NCBI GenBank assembly: GCA_965287045.1 | Contig: OZ336885.1 | Span: forward strand, 32,302,001 to 32,366,000 | Origin: Carcharhinus amblyrhynchos | Lineage: Eukaryota | Length of the DNA stretch: 64,000 nucleotides | Direction: 5' to 3' | Part shown: positions 38,093 through 51,902 of the stretch, one piece after another | Numbering within the stretch: position 1 is the first letter of the stretch | Layout: every line of letters begins with the position of its first letter | The notes under the pieces: generated by a model | What the model was told of the DNA's origin: nothing | The model's database searches: none | Seen by the model: only the letters and a program-made list of their open reading frames with translations | Translations under genes and position numbers: made by a program

Positions 38093-38430
38093 GGATTAAT
38101 GACATCAGGTGATCAAAATCAGAGAAAGTAAGAACAATTGTCTGTAAGTTGCATAAACCATTTATTTGGCCTACATTATCAAAGGTTAAATGCCCTCCTA
38201 AAAGATACAGTTGATGAAAGACATATGATGCTAGTATTAGAGATGGGTGAGAATCGTGAAATCCGTCTTAAAAGAATAGTATTGAAGGATGTCACCATAT
38301 CCATTAGAAGCCTTATATTGGCCCATGACCTCAACAAGGCAATTGGTATGGAACAAAGACAGAAATATTTTTATCCCATATTTCATTGTAGCAGCCAAAT
38401 TTAGTCTTTCTAATATTAAATCTAATGAGT
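38093..38430 (+). mobile_element. Continuation of the Copia pol: integrase N-terminal region remnant
   Basis: KLHKPF../YQRLNALLKDT..SLILAHDLNKAI/VWNKDRNIFIPYFIVAAKFSLSNIKS. Integrase directly follows protease, which is the Copia domain order. Confidence 0.75.
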
Positions 38431-39999
38431 TAGAGAGGCAGAGACCAGTCCAGACTCTGAACCCTTATTGGCCAGGTTGCAGATATTTTAGTGCGGAGGG
38501 ACACAAAAGAAGACATTTACATGGTGCTCCATGTCATCAGGACAGGAATTTATCATGTAAAAAGTGTCAAATACCTGATGTGGGAAATCATAGGATCATT
38601 TGCCACTAACAGATAAAATAATGAGATTAGCTCTGAAAGAGAAACTGCAGCAGATTCTGCATACAAAAACTTACAAACTTACAAAATAGAAGGAGGACTA
38701 GACCATTCAGGCTATCTAGCCTGCTCTGCCATTCAATGACTGATCTGTTTATGTTTTGAATTCTATATTCCCATCTATAACCTGATAACCTTTCATTCCT
38801 TTGCCCAAAAAGAATCTATCTAACACCGCCTCAATCAATGGCACCACTCCCACTTCTGAGGCAGAGTTTGCACAATCCTCAGAAACAAATTCTCATTGTG
38901 AACATACATAAAATGTGGTCGGAGTGATCCCAAACAATGACTAATATCTTAGGCATGTCTAGCCCTTCAGGAAGACAACTAACACATTGGTATTGATAAA
39001 GTGCAGCAGGTTGCGAGGGGGTACTTCTGTCCTGTTGAGGAAAAGTGGATGTTTTACATGATGTAGAGAGTTCAGTGAAGTTAGCTGGTATACATCTGTT
39101 CTTTTCATCATTTGTAATAGTACATGGACAGCCAATGAAAATGGGAAGCTTCTAAGGGCAACTGAGGAGAAAGCTTAAGACTGCAAGGCATGGAGAAATG
39201 AACAGAGGATTTGCCCTTAGGCAGATTACCACAACTACATGAACAGATGTACACTCATTACATCAAGGGTCTCATATTCAAAGGGCTGGAGCTTCATCTG
39301 GTGATGGAGACAGGAAAGGGATTGGGAAATACAAAACATTGAATTTTTGCAAAAATTCAGAAGTTGTAGTTTCTTCCCAACCCTGCAATGTTTTTTCTTG
39401 GCCTGTTCTCAGGTCAGAAATGCCAAGCTTTGTGACCCTGCACATACCTCTCCTGAAATCATTGTCATTGATAGCTGAAGAGCAAATTTGCACTTTGTGT
39501 GCCCCATGCCCTTCCTCTTGCAATTTTCATGTGTCAGTGTAGATATTAGAAGCCCTAGAAATTGAATTGAAGAATTTGTAGCCACTGGAGAAGGCCAGTT
39601 CAAGAGTCAGGAACATTCTAACAGTTCAGTGTCAAATGTTTTGACTAATTCAAATACCATTATTAGGTGTTGTTTTGCAATGTAGTTGTGTTTTCATTAA
39701 AATGAATCATCCTAGGGCTCTGCCTGAAAAGGTAGATTGACCATTATTCTAAACAGCATTGTTTAAGTGTTGAAATGCATTTGAGTACTTTACCCATTGG
39801 GAAGAGTGCCATAAGACATTAAGCCTGTAGAAAAATATGCTCGGAAAACTCCTGTCATGCTTTGAACTATGTTTTAAATGTCAGAGATGTGTAACTTTAG
39901 AGAGAAATGCGCTGCTATTGAAAATCAAAGAATAATCTAACCAAAATCTCTACCCCATTGCCATTTCAAAGCTGATTGTCTGTCAATGATTAAAACACA

Positions 40000-41112
40000 A
40001 TCTGGACCTAGTCCAGTAGCAGAGTGTGTGGGAAATGTCAGCAGCAGGCCAAAAATAGGAATCACGACCAGTGTCTAGCCAGTTGCGATATCACGAGTGC
40101 ATTTTTTTTTCAACATAATGATTACAATATGCAAATCCTGATTTGCATTTTTTCAGTGAGCCCAGGACCATATCGTCCAGGCACAGTAATGTTTCCGATC
40201 CCACTGGTGGAGTCCACATCACTAGTGAAACATTATGATAACTGCAGAAGTTCCTCAGGGATCACGTATGGTTCCCAGCAACGGGAACAAGGCGTGATGG
40301 CCTGAAAGGTGGAACCAGAGACCACTGAGACCCCTGGGAGGTTGAGGGTATAGGGGGTACCCTTGGGCAGTGCCGATCTGGTACTACCAGCTTGGTGCAC
40401 TGGCAATGTCCACTGGAAACCCTGGCACTGCCAGCCTGGCACACTGGCAGTGCCCTGCTGGCATCTGTGCCATCAGAGTGTGGGGCTAGATAGGGATGGG
40501 GCCATACCAGTAGGAGGTAGCAGGGGAGGGAAGAGGGGTACTCTGCTTGGAAGGGGTGGGGTCTGGTGTTGGGACCAGTATTTGGAGACTGGGGCCAGCC
40601 ATAGTGAGGCCAGCCAGTGGGGAGGTGGTGGTGGTGGTGGGGGGGTGGTGGGGGGGGTGGTGATGGAGGGAGTCCTGGGTGGGGGCCGCAATGCCCAGTC
40701 GGGTGGGGGGATGGGGCCAGCAATGCCTGAGGGGTAAAACCCCATCATCAACATCCTGGATATTACCATTGACCAGAAGCTGAACCGGACTAGCGATATA
40801 AATACCATGGCAACAAGTATCTAACCATGAGTTGGTGCCTGGGTGAGGTACTGCAGATGATGATGTCCAGAGGAAAGATCAGGGAGGACAATCAGGAGAC
40901 TGGCGAGGGGGAGGGGGCATGTATGTTGGGAGACTGGCGCATGTACAGTGGCCTCTCAGCAGTCTGATGCCGGCCTCTTAAGTGGGGTTAGGCCCCGTGA
41001 CTCCCTACTGGCATAAATGTCCTGATGGCCTCTACATTGCACAGAGTGCCGTAAGTTCATTTTACTATGCTCACCCAAGAAACGGGCAGCAAAACTTTCC
41101 ATTTTCCTGCCC
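40000..41112. mobile_element. GC-rich Harbinger-like non-autonomous element with (GGT)n tract and a small embedded CR1-B fragment (~40738-40815)
   Basis: TGGCAC/TGCC repeats like those at 3030-3968; terminus ATTTTCCTGCCC; the embedded piece CCATCATCAACATCCTGG..TTGACCAGAAGCTGAAC matches 8585-8640. Confidence 0.45.
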
Positions 41113-41299
41113 ATTGGGTACTTAATTTTTTTATGGGGAAAATCAGTTTGTGAACTACAATGGTTTGCTTTGATAACTGTGATAATTATGAATGCTTGAA
41201 TATGCATTAAAACCTACAAAATCACCTCTTAGCAAGGGCTGTGTTTGTATGCTGATTGACAGTTTTAGACTTGTTGCTATGGTATTTATGTGGCGAGTC

Positions 41300-41655
41300 C
41301 AGTTTAGCTTCTAGTTGATGGTAATACCCAGGATGTTAATGGTGGATATTCAGTAATGACAATGTCATTGAATGTCAAGGAGTTGGATTTTCTCTTTGTG
41401 GAGATGGTCATTGCCTGGCACTTGTGTGGCACAAGTGTTACTTGCCATTTATCAGCCCAAGCCTGGTTGTTGTCCATGTCTTGCTGCATATGGACATGGG
41501 TTGCTTTAGTAGCTGAGGAGCTGCAAATGATGCTGAGCATTACGCAATCGCCAGCGAACACCCTCACTCCTGACCTAGTGATGATGGGAAGGTGATTGAT
41601 AACATAGTTGGAGATGGTTGGGTTTCGGACAATTCCCTGAGGAACTCCTGCAATG
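41300..41655 (-). mobile_element. CR1-like (family B) RT fragment
   Basis: GVPQG..RVFAGDCVMLS..MQQDMDNNQAWADKWQVTLVPHKCQAMTIS. Confidence 0.85.
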
Positions 41656-42774
41656 ATTATTTAAGGGAATGATGACAACCCTGAAACTGAACAGATATCA
41701 GCTGCAGACTCAAATCCATAACAATGCAGTGGGATACAAGCCTACAGAAATTATGCTTAAGTTTTACAAGATGCTATTCAGATAACACTTAAGCTGCAGT
41801 TAAACATTAGTTATCATAATGATTCACAGCTGGTAATACCTTACTTACATTACTTGGCCAATAATCTCTGCAGCTAGCTGAGAGTTCTGCACATATATGT
41901 TAACACAAATGAACAGGCAAACCAGATGTAATCTGTTTTCACCCTGTGCTTTCTAAAAACACTGACATAAGCTCTGCTTGTCTGTGAAAGAAGTCCTGGA
42001 GTCCACTAAACCCTCTGAGAAATTATTCAATCGAACTTGACACTGTAGCATTGTCAGCCATGGCTCCTGGAGTCCCAGGTTCGAGTAACGAAGGCCCAAT
42101 CAGAGGCTCTGCACCGAAGTCCAGTCAGGAGAAGTTAGCGCTGCCATGACAGGCAGGCCCTGATGTGACCTCAAAGCTGACACTTCTGCAGCATGGCGGA
42201 AAATTTTAAATCACACGTGACCACAGCTGTCAGGTCATCGATGTGGAGGGGAGCTCCTGGAAGGATGGCTTGCAGACGCTCTTGTGGTTGTCACATCGCA
42301 GCAGATGCGGGATGAAAAGGAGGCATTGCTGGCATCCCCTAGCCTGCCACCAGGAGGCATGTCTAGTTGAATTGCAGGCTCCTACTTCACCACCATTGGC
42401 AAATTTCAGGCAGTGCTATTGCCTTTCCCCCAACTGGCCCATTAATGAATCTAACTGTCTATTCACCACTGCTGGGCAGAGAGCTTTTGCCCCATTTCTG
42501 GCAAAATTTCTCAGAGGCAGCACACATCAGGCAGCTAAGTCAACAGCTACATGCTGACTTTGTCCCTGTCTTGACCCCTAACCCACATCTATGGGATTGG
42601 GAGAATTAAGCCCACAGTGTTTGTTCTATACGTCTGAATACAAAGGAATTTGCTGTGGCATCACAAGATGGTTCAATATCTATCGACCTGCGCTCCAAAA
42701 GTGGACTGTAATCTTTTGCCCCTGATCATTCACTTGAACATCCAATACAGTTTTATTTCTGGTTTCTGTACTTT

Positions 42775-43075
42775 TTAAAGTTTATTTATTAGTGTTACTA
42801 ATTAGTTATTTATTAACACTGCACTAATGCAATTAAGTTACTGTGAAAATCACCTAGTCGCCACACTTCGGCACTTATTCGGGTACACTGAGGCAGAATT
42901 TAGTATGGCCAATGCACTTAACCAGCACGTCTTTTGGACCGTGGGAGGAAACAGAAGCACCTGGAGGAAACCTATGCAGACATTTGGCAAATGTGCAGAC
43001 TCCGCACAGACAGTGACCCAAGTCAGGAATCGAACTGGGTGCCTGGTGCTGTGAGGCAGTAGTGCTAACCATGTT
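42775..43075 (-). mobile_element. V-SINE with alternative tail
   Basis: Reverse complement aligns with 33188-33523. Confidence 0.9.
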
Positions 43076-44059
43076 GAAACAATGGTTGCAGCAATGTAAG
43101 CTCCATGCGTATAAATGTGAAAGGGTTTTGCACAATAGACTTTCCTGGGAAGCAACGGGTGCTGGTCAAAAGCGGTCAAGAACTGTGCACAGTAATTACA
43201 GTTGTGTCACATATTAGCCTGTAATAGAAAATATTTTTTGATGGGGCGAATGGGGGAAGCCTAAAATACAAAATATTTTGAATATATTCATCACAGAAGA
43301 GAAAAAAGATAATCCTGGGGTGCTATTTTAAAAAAAAGTGAAAAAAATGTAATGACATAAAAAAGGGGAGAAAATGTTTTGTCCTTTTTCTTTTTAGTAT
43401 GGCTATAGTACGGCTATTATTTAATAATGGACATCATCATGTAACCACAGATTAAATCTAAGCAGAAAATCTAGATGAAAATGTTCGACATAGCATCTTT
43501 AAGCTAGTTGCAATAAATTTACAAATCTACTAAAAATTTCTTTTGAAGTCAATTAAGATCTTGTAGATCGATTTGTGTCCATCCAGAGAATTTATCTTTC
43601 ACATCCTGTTTAAGTACCATTTGTTCTGTTCATAATAAGTCAAGGATTTATTTTGGTCTCTTTGGAAAACTTCAGTCACAGTCAAGAATGCAAAACCTTT
43701 TGTGCAACAGAGCAGTTAACCTTAAAAGGTGTGCGCCTTGACAAAGTAACACTTGTCAAGAATATGGTACCAAAAGGACCCTAGAAAATCTGAAGAAAGT
43801 GTGTGGAGGGTGGATGTATGGAGCAAAGGAAAATCTCTGCAATTGCTGGAGTCCTACTTGATGGAAAGGAGAAAGTTCACAACCGTCAAATACCACTCAT
43901 CACCTCTCCAGAGAATTACTACAGGAATTCCTCAGAGACATACCCTCTGACCAACCATCTTCAGCTGCTTCCTTTCAGTCATATTTTTAAGAGGGATTTG
44001 TTCACTGATCTTTCCATATCTTAATTTCCATTATCTCCATTCCAAACTCCTCTAGTACA

Positions 44060-46010
44060 TTTTATTCATTTATGAGATGTGGGTGTCACTGCATAGGCCA
44101 GCATTTGTTGCCCATTCTTAATTGCCTTTGAGAAGGTGGTTGTGAGTTGCCTTCTTGACCACCTACAGACTGTATGGTTGTAGATTTGAAAGGTGCTGTC
44201 CGAGGAGCCTTGGTGAGTTCCTACAGTGCATTTTATACATGGTACACACTGCTGCCACGGTTATCTGATGGTGGAGGGTGTGAATGTTTGTGGAACGGGT
44301 GTCAATCAAATGGGCTGCTTTGGCCTGGATGGTGTCAAGCTTCCTCAGGTTTTTTAGAACATAGAACATTACAGCACAGTACAGGCCCTTTAGTCCTCGA
44401 TGTTGCGCTGACCAGTGGAACCAATCTAACGACCCTCTAACCTAAGCTATTCCAATATTATCCATTTGTCTATCCAATGACCATTTGAATGCCCTTAAAG
44501 TTGGTGAGTCCATTACTGCTGCAGGCAGGGCATTCCACGCCCTTACTACCCTCTGAGTAAAGAACCTACCTCTGACATCCGTCCTATATTTATCTCCCCT
44601 CAATTTAAAGCTATGTCCCCTCGTGTTAGCCATCACCATCTGAGGAAAAAGGCTCTCACTGTCCACCCTACCTAATCCTCTGATCATCTTGTATGCCTCA
44701 ATTAAGTCACCTCTTAACCTTCTTCTCTCTAATGAAAACAACCTCAAGTCCCTCAGCCTTTCCTCATACGACTTTCCCACCAAACCAGGCAACATCCTGG
44801 TAAATCTCCTCTGCACGCTTTCCAATGCTTCCACATCTTTCTTATAATGCGGCGACTAGAACTACACGCGGTACTCCAAGTGCGGCCGCACCAGAATTTT
44901 ATACAGCTGCAACATGATCTCACGGCTCCGAAATTCAATCCCTCTACCAATAAAAGCTAACACACCGTGCGCCTTCTTAACAACTCTACCAACCTGGGTG
45001 CCAACTTTCAGGGATCTATGCACATGTACACAGAGATCTCTCTGCTCATCCACACTACCAAGAGTCCTTCCATTAGCCCAATACTCTGTATTCCTGTTAC
45101 TCCTTCCAAAGTGAATCACTTCACACTTTTCCACATTAAACTCCATTTGTCACCTCTCAGCCCAGCTCTGCAGCTTACCTATGTCCCTCTGCAAACTGTA
45201 ACATCCATCCGCACTGTCTACAACTCCTCCGACTTTAGTGTCACCTGCAAATTTACTAACCCATCCTTCTACACCCTCATCTAGGTCATTTATAAAAATG
45301 ACAAACAGCAGTGACCCCAAAACAGATCCCTGAGGTACACCACTAGTAACTGAACTCCAGGTTGAAAATTTCCCATCAACCACCACCCTCTGTCTTCTTT
45401 CAGCTAGCCAATTCCGCAGTAGCTTACCATGGGGAACCTTATCAAACGCTTTACTGAAATCCATATACACCACATCAACTGCTTTACCCTCATCCACCTC
45501 TTTGGTCACCTTCTCAAATAACTCAATAAGGTTTGTGAAGCACGACCTACCCTTCACAAAACCGTGTTGACTATCCCGAATCAAATGATTTCTCTCTAGA
45601 TGATTGAAAATCCTATCTCTTATAATCCTTTCCAAAACTTTGCCCACAACAGAAGTGAGGCTCACCAGTCTATGATTTCCGGGGTGGTGTCTACTCCCCT
45701 TCTTGGAGCTGCACTCATCCACGCTATTGCAGAGTATGCCATCAAACTCTCAATTTGTGCTTTGAAGATGGTGGGCAGACTTTGGGGGAGTCAGGAGATG
45801 AATTACATGCCACCGGATTTGTAGCCTCTGATGGCTCTTGTAGCCACAATATTTCTATGGCTAGTCCAGTTAGCTTCTGGTCAATGATAATTCGCAGGAA
45901 GTTGATAGTGAAGGATTCAATGATGGTAATGGCATTGAATGTCAAGGGGTGATAGTTAAATTCTCTCTTGTTGGAGCTATTAGTAAGGAGGACTTTGCAG
46001 AATCGATAGT
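44060..46010 (-). mobile_element. CR1-like (family B) 3' region split by a HER1-type insertion
   Basis: 44060-44352 (KLDTIQAKAAHLIDT..) and 45704-46010 (HPLTFNAITIIESFTINFLRIIIDQKL) are contiguous parts of the sequence seen at 8520-9200. Confidence 0.8.
44355..45703 (-). mobile_element. Relatively young 5'-truncated HER1/CR1 LINE
   Basis: [57 protein letters not shown] (catalytic Asp changed to Gly); only isolated stops; (TGTTCTA)n tail at ~44355. Confidence 0.95.
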
Positions 46011-46054
46011 TAAATTGTCTTTTCCAATGTCTAGGTTGATGACAGATAGTGTGT

Positions 46055-46385
46055 CCGGACTCATTCATTTCTATTGATTTGGTAGCTGTTTGATACAACT
46101 GAGTAGCTTGCTAGGCCATTTCGTGGACTTTAAGAGTCACTACATTGCCATGGATCCGAAGTCATTTGTAGATCAGACCTGGGTTTTTATGGTGGATTTT
46201 TTATGACAATTGACAATGGTTTTATCATCATCATTAGACTTTTAATTCCAGATTTTTTAAAAATAGAGTTCAAATTTAATTTAAATTCCACCACCTGCCA
46301 TGGATTTGAACCCAGTCCCCAGATATTTCCCTGGGTCTCTGGATTACCAGACCAGTTTGAAAACCATTACCCCACTGTCTCCCTT
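46055..46385 (-). mobile_element. tRNA-derived SINE (same family as 47080-47475)
   Basis: Reverse complement has TAATCCAGAGACCCAGGG and AATCTGGAATTAAAAGTCTAATGATG. Confidence 0.75.
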
Positions 46386-47079
46386 CAATTGTATATTAGC
46401 TATGTCTTAATGAAACAGAACATGGATAATATACAGATTCGAATGACAACTAACAGATAACATTCACTCATGTAATGATTATCATGGACAAGAGCAATTC
46501 ATTGGCTGTGAAGCAACTTGCATATCCCAAGATCAGTGGAAGTATTACATGAAGATACATTATTTCTTCTTTCTTTACTTTGTGCTGATTTGTTCCCCTC
46601 TTGAACCTCTCAAAGCCTTTGCAGCTTCTGTAAGTCTCATGTGAGGTGTGAGATGTATAATTCACCACTTGCTTGGATGTGTGGATGGGCAATAATGCTG
46701 AAGGAGGCAAAGACCATCTAGGGCAGGGGATTTTGCTTAACTGATATCCCTACCATCTCAACATTCATCCCCTTCACCACTAGCTCCCTGCGGTTACAGC
46801 ATACAGTATTTGTGGGATGCACTGAAGCAATTCAGCAAGGTTAATTCGATAGCATTTTTTTCAATCCGTATCCTCAAGAAGAAGAAGAACAATCATTTCC
46901 AGAACATATATAATCCTCTCATTGTTGCATATTCATTACCATTAAGTCAAATTCCTCAATTCCCATACCCAACATCAATGTGAGAGAATCTTTACTACAA
47001 GAACTTCAGTGGCGATAGGAGAATACTCACCATCAAAGTTACGCACATTCTAAGAAAGCAATCAAAAAGTCCTCCTGAC

Positions 47080-47475
47080 AGGGACATGACGGAGTAGTGG
47101 TAATGCTACTGCACTGTTAATCCAGAGCTTCAGGCTAACACTCTGGAGAGACAGGTTCAAATCCCACCACAGTAGCTAGTGGAATGTGACATAATAATCT
47201 GCAATGGAAAGCTGGCCTCAATAATGGTGACCATGAAACTACCATCGATTATCCTAAAAACCCACCTGGTCACTATGCCCTTTAGGGAAAGAAACCTGCC
47301 TCCCTTACCTGGTCTGGTTCATATGTGAATGCAGACCCACTGCAATGTGGTTGACTCTTAACCGCTCTCTGAAGTGTCCCAGCAAACCACCCAGTTCAAG
47401 AACAATTAGGGATGGGAACAAACATCGGCCTTGCCAGAGACCCTTACATCCCATATAAGAATAAAGAAAAAAAAA
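47080..47475 (+). mobile_element. Full-length tRNA-derived SINE with CR1-family-B tail
   Basis: A-box GGAGTAGTGG, B-box GGTTCAAATCC; tail CAATTAGGGATGGG...CCCATATAAGAATAAAGAAAAAAAAA shared with the CR1-B 3' end. Confidence 0.9.
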
Positions 47476-48061
47476 TCAGGAATACACGTAGTTCATCACA
47501 TAAAACCACTCGATTTCTTTTGACTCAATACTCATAGACCAATACAATACATTAATTATACATTTCCCACTGTACAAATATGCTGCACTGTGACAAATTG
47601 AAATTTCAAAGTTGGTGTGAGAGCTGGTATTAGCATCACTGTCTCTCACAAATAGGAAGAGACTACACTATAAATTCGTTCCACAGCAAATGGCATTGAT
47701 GTAAATCTTATTATCACTCAATAAATTAGGATTTCTTTGTAGTCTGGACTGATAAATAAATGTATGCAATCACCATACACAATGGAAATCACAGGCTACC
47801 TATGGGTCTCCAAGACATTTATTATTCATATGTATCAATCTGCCAGTATCAGTCAAGATTTCACCTTTGATTCCAAGTATCGGCCATTTAGCCATTATTT
47901 GTGTAATTACCCAATTTAACAGTATTGAAGTTGAATTGAATTTTAATGTGATATGGTTATTTTATTTTTTAACATGAATAATTAAATTCACTTCATAGCC
48001 ACCATCTGCAGCCATTTCACAGCTCTTATCTGCTGTATGCTCAACTCTTTTTTTTCCCCAG

Positions 48062-48480
48062 GTACCGTCAGCTGTGACTCCGTTGATAGCTTGCTTGCCT
48101 CTGAATCATGAGATCCTGGGTTCAGATTTCCAGGATTTGAGCACAAAAATCAAGGCTGACACTCCAGTGCAGTACTGAGGGAGCGCTGAACTGTCAGAGG
48201 TGCCGTTTTGCAGACGAAACATTAAACTGAGATACTATACGTAAGAAACACCCCGTGGCACTACTTTGAAGAACAGCAGGGGAGCTATCCACAATGTTCT
48301 GGCCAATACTTATCCCTCAGTCAGCACCACAAACAACAGATTATTGTGTACATTAATGTCTGTGGCAGGTTGCTGAATGCAGATTAGCTGCCAGATTTCC
48401 TGCATGATAACAGTAACTGCACTAAGTACTTCATTAGCTAGAAAGTATTGTGGAAAAACACCAAATAAATGCACATTTGT
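48062..48480 (+). mobile_element. Deu-domain SINE (SacSINE1/AmnSINE-like)
   Basis: CTGACACTCCAGTGCAGTACTGAGGGAGCGCTG..TGTCAGAGGTGCCG and GTTCTGGCCAATACTTATCCCTC; further copies at 52450-52850, 53280-53420 (minus) and 61330-61565. Confidence 0.8.
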
Positions 48481-49739
48481 TTGCTTTTTTACTACTTGTG
48501 CTGAGCTGTAACTGGGACATGGACACTGGCAGCACAGCTCAGAAATATCCATTTCCTATTCATGCGCCAACAGTTCAATCCACTTTACTCAGTAACTGAA
48601 AAACGGCAGTAGGATTCTAAGATTCTGCTGAATGAAATGCAGCAAAGGCCGAGCTATAGCTAGGATGTCTGTAGTCATGAGGTGCTTAAAGAGAATTGGA
48701 GGATCACCTGGTCAAACGCTAGTGGAAGATACCTAAGTGAGAGCCCTGAGAAATCTCATATCTCAAGAGAATGGCAGGAAAAACAGAGAGAATAAAAGTG
48801 AAAAAGTAAACCTGGAGTGACTCTTTTTTTGGGTTTAAATAATAAGGGTTAATGAAATATAGGCAAGATTCCCAAATTCACAAACCCGACTAAAGGGAAA
48901 ACACCCCAGATGGTCACATTTTCATTCCAGAACGGGCAACTGTTAATGGGAGTAGGGTCTGCCACCTCCAGAAGCAGCACAAAGGCTACCAGATGTGGAA
49001 GACTGTCAGAAAGGCCAAACTAAGTACATTTTGTCCCAGCTGGAAAAATCCAAAGAAACAAAAAACAATTTCGCCCACACCCCCTGCATATTCTCCAGGC
49101 CCCCTCTCATAACCCATGCTTCCTCATGCCCCCATCCACCATCCTTTGCCTTTCACCCACCCCATGCCAATTCACTCAGTATCCACTACGTGCAGATCTC
49201 AGGAGCCATGCTGAGGTGAAATAAAGTCCTAACATCTACTGCAGACTTCACTATAAAAAAAATCTCAATATTAAAAACCCACGCACTACATTTAACTTCC
49301 TTCAAATACACAATTTCTTATAAAATCAAACATTTGTGTTCATAGCCCTAAATCAAAGACTTTATAAGCACTTGGCGCTCTTAACTGAAATGTGAATTGA
49401 CAGATCCCCCATTGTGATAATGATAGGTTGTACAATCAATCATGCAATACGTATCCTAGAATGGTATCTCTCAGGCTTATATCAATAAACAGAATGAATT
49501 ATCAAGCACTGATTTAAATTTAAAAAAATTATAGTTTAAATTTAAAAGCCAGGAGTTTTAAATGTTATCAGCCAGACAGTTGCAAGGGGATTTAAATGCC
49601 TTGAACAGCTCAGCTGTTCCAATAAGTTTATGAATTATACTGCAAATTCATTCTACTTTTAGAAATCCCAGAAGATACTTTTCTGCTCCCAAGGCTGTCC
49701 CTGAATCAATTTAAAACGTAGTCAAATTGTCGAAGAATT

Positions 49740-50030
49740 GTCAATTCTGAATGTCTAAAAAGCCATTCAGAATTGAGGTGAGGAAGAACTTCCTCACTCA
49801 GAATTGTGAACCTGTGGGATTCTCTACCACAGAAAGCTGTTGGGGCTGGTTCATTAGATACGTGCAAGAGGGAGCTGGACCTGGTCCTTGTGGCTAAAGG
49901 GATCAAAGGGTATGGAGAGAAGGTGGGAATGGGATACTGAAAGTGCATGATCAGCCATGATCATATTGAATGGTGGGGCAGGCCTGAAGGGCTGAATGGC
50001 CTACTCCTGCACCTATTTTCTATGTTTATA
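49740..50030 (+). mobile_element. CR1 3'-end fragment
   Basis: GAGGAAGAACTTCCTCACTCAGAATTGTGAACCTGTGG...GATCAGCCATGATCATATTGAATGG...CCTACTCCTGC. Confidence 0.85.
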
Positions 50031-50369
50031 TGTACCTTACCTCCAATAAAATTTAGGATTAATTTTAAGAAGTGTAAAACCCACAATTCATATTTTTGAC
50101 ATCTCATTAACGAAAATTGGATATGTTTGAAGATCAAGAAGTGAGGTCCAGGAACAAGGCTGGCAGTAAGGGAAGAGACGTTGAAGACAAAAGCAGAAGA
50201 ACTGGACACAACATTTTGTGAGCAGGCAGGCCATTGAACAGGAAGGCTATGGCAAATGGCATTAAACTGAAACTGGCTTAAATCTAGCATAGAAAATATG
50301 GACAGAATGGCTACCCCCTGGACTGTAAATTTTAAGTTTCCATGGGCATTGTGCTCTAGACTCCAAAAT

Positions 50370-50770
50370 ATTAACTTCATTCCTCCGACTGGCAACAGCC
50401 TGAGATTAAACCCACCCATTCACAACCTTGGTTTCACCTTTGGTGAACTTTGACGAGCTAAGGTGAGCTACCTGCCTCATATTCCTGTCAGCATTGAAAC
50501 CATCCATTTCCACTTTTGTAAGAGGGCCCAGTTTTGTCCCTGTCTCAGCTTACCTGCCGTTGAAACTCATTTGTGCCTTCGATACCTCAAAACTTGACTA
50601 TGTACTCCCACATTCTGCCCTCCGTGTCTTAACTGGAAGCAGATCCTATTCCCCATCTACCTTGGGGTTGCTGACAGACACTGGCTCCTGGTCAGCCAAG
50701 GTCTGGATTTTAAAATTCTCATATTATTTTCAAATTCCTCCATGACATGGCCCCTTCAAACCTCAGTCAT
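50370..50770 (+). mobile_element. Decayed L2-like RT C-terminal fragment
   Basis: ETLICAFDTSKLDY-like and DFKIL-like segments typical of the L2 ORF2 end. Confidence 0.6.
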
Positions 50771-51902
50771 TTCCTCTTGGTCCCACTCATCATTTATAAA
50801 GATAATGAAAATCCAACCTACTGTTTGCAGATCGGTGAAGACTTTAACTCCAGGTCATTTTAATGCAACATAATTCTAAGACATGCAGAATTAACATACT
50901 ATCCCATGCAGCACATTAGGTTACTCAGACTTTTCTTGGGAGAAATCATCTGCCAGTTCTACTTTGCTCTGTGGGATATCTCCAATGACATATTGTTTTA
51001 AGACAATGGTGGATCATTGTCTCTTCAAAGCTCTCCATGTGTAGGACATACTAAATCAAACTAATGATCTGTACAGTGTACTACCCAACCTAATCTAATG
51101 CAGTGCTTTAAATGAAAAAAAATGTCTATTAGATAAAAAGGATTCATCTCCAGGATGAGAAGGTGCTTCCTGAGGAACAATTTCCAATGATCTTTTAAAC
51201 AAAACATGTGCTTCTCTTCTCAATAAAGAAAATTAACATTGAAAGAAAAATATTCGATTTGACATTTCATGCGAGGTTAAAATTGTAGAGAATTGAGGCT
51301 GGGTTAAAAATCGGAAGAAGAGAGCTGAACTGTCTAGTGCTGATGAAATCTGCATTGTTTAAAAAGGTCAGCATTTGCACATAATCACAAAAAATATTAA
51401 AAACATTCAGAGAAATGTGTTAACACTCGCACATCTCATAGGCAATCATGACTATCACATAAAAATGACGGCCATTTCATCTCATTTTTTTCATCTTGCG
51501 AGAGCGAACCAACACAAAGTTAATGTCAAATTCATTTTATTCAGAACTTTTGTGTCTGCTAATGCCTTGATTTTAACAGACATTGTATAAGAAAAGGTCA
51601 CTGCCTGCACATACTGTGTATTGTGGTTGAATGCTTTATATTGTGTGGCACAATGCATTATACTCTTCAGCAAGGTCATTGCAATTTAAATATTTGGGTG
51701 GGCTCAGGCATTAACACCTCCCTAATGGGGAACCTACCCTTTAGAATAAAGAAAATGGTGTAATGTCCCAGAGCTTAAATGCCCGCCACAGCTTAAAGGG
51801 CTAGGCACGACCACTGAACTCATGTTGAGAAGTAGATTACAAATCTTTTCAAAAGGAGAAAATAAAATGGCTGTTGGGGTAAATATAACAGATCTTAGTT
51901 CT

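Noticed and set aside
40233-40808. Overlapping Pro/His/Gly-rich ORFs up to 153 aa
   Set aside because: These come from GC-rich, low-complexity MITE interior and a (GGT)n tract that lacks stop codons.
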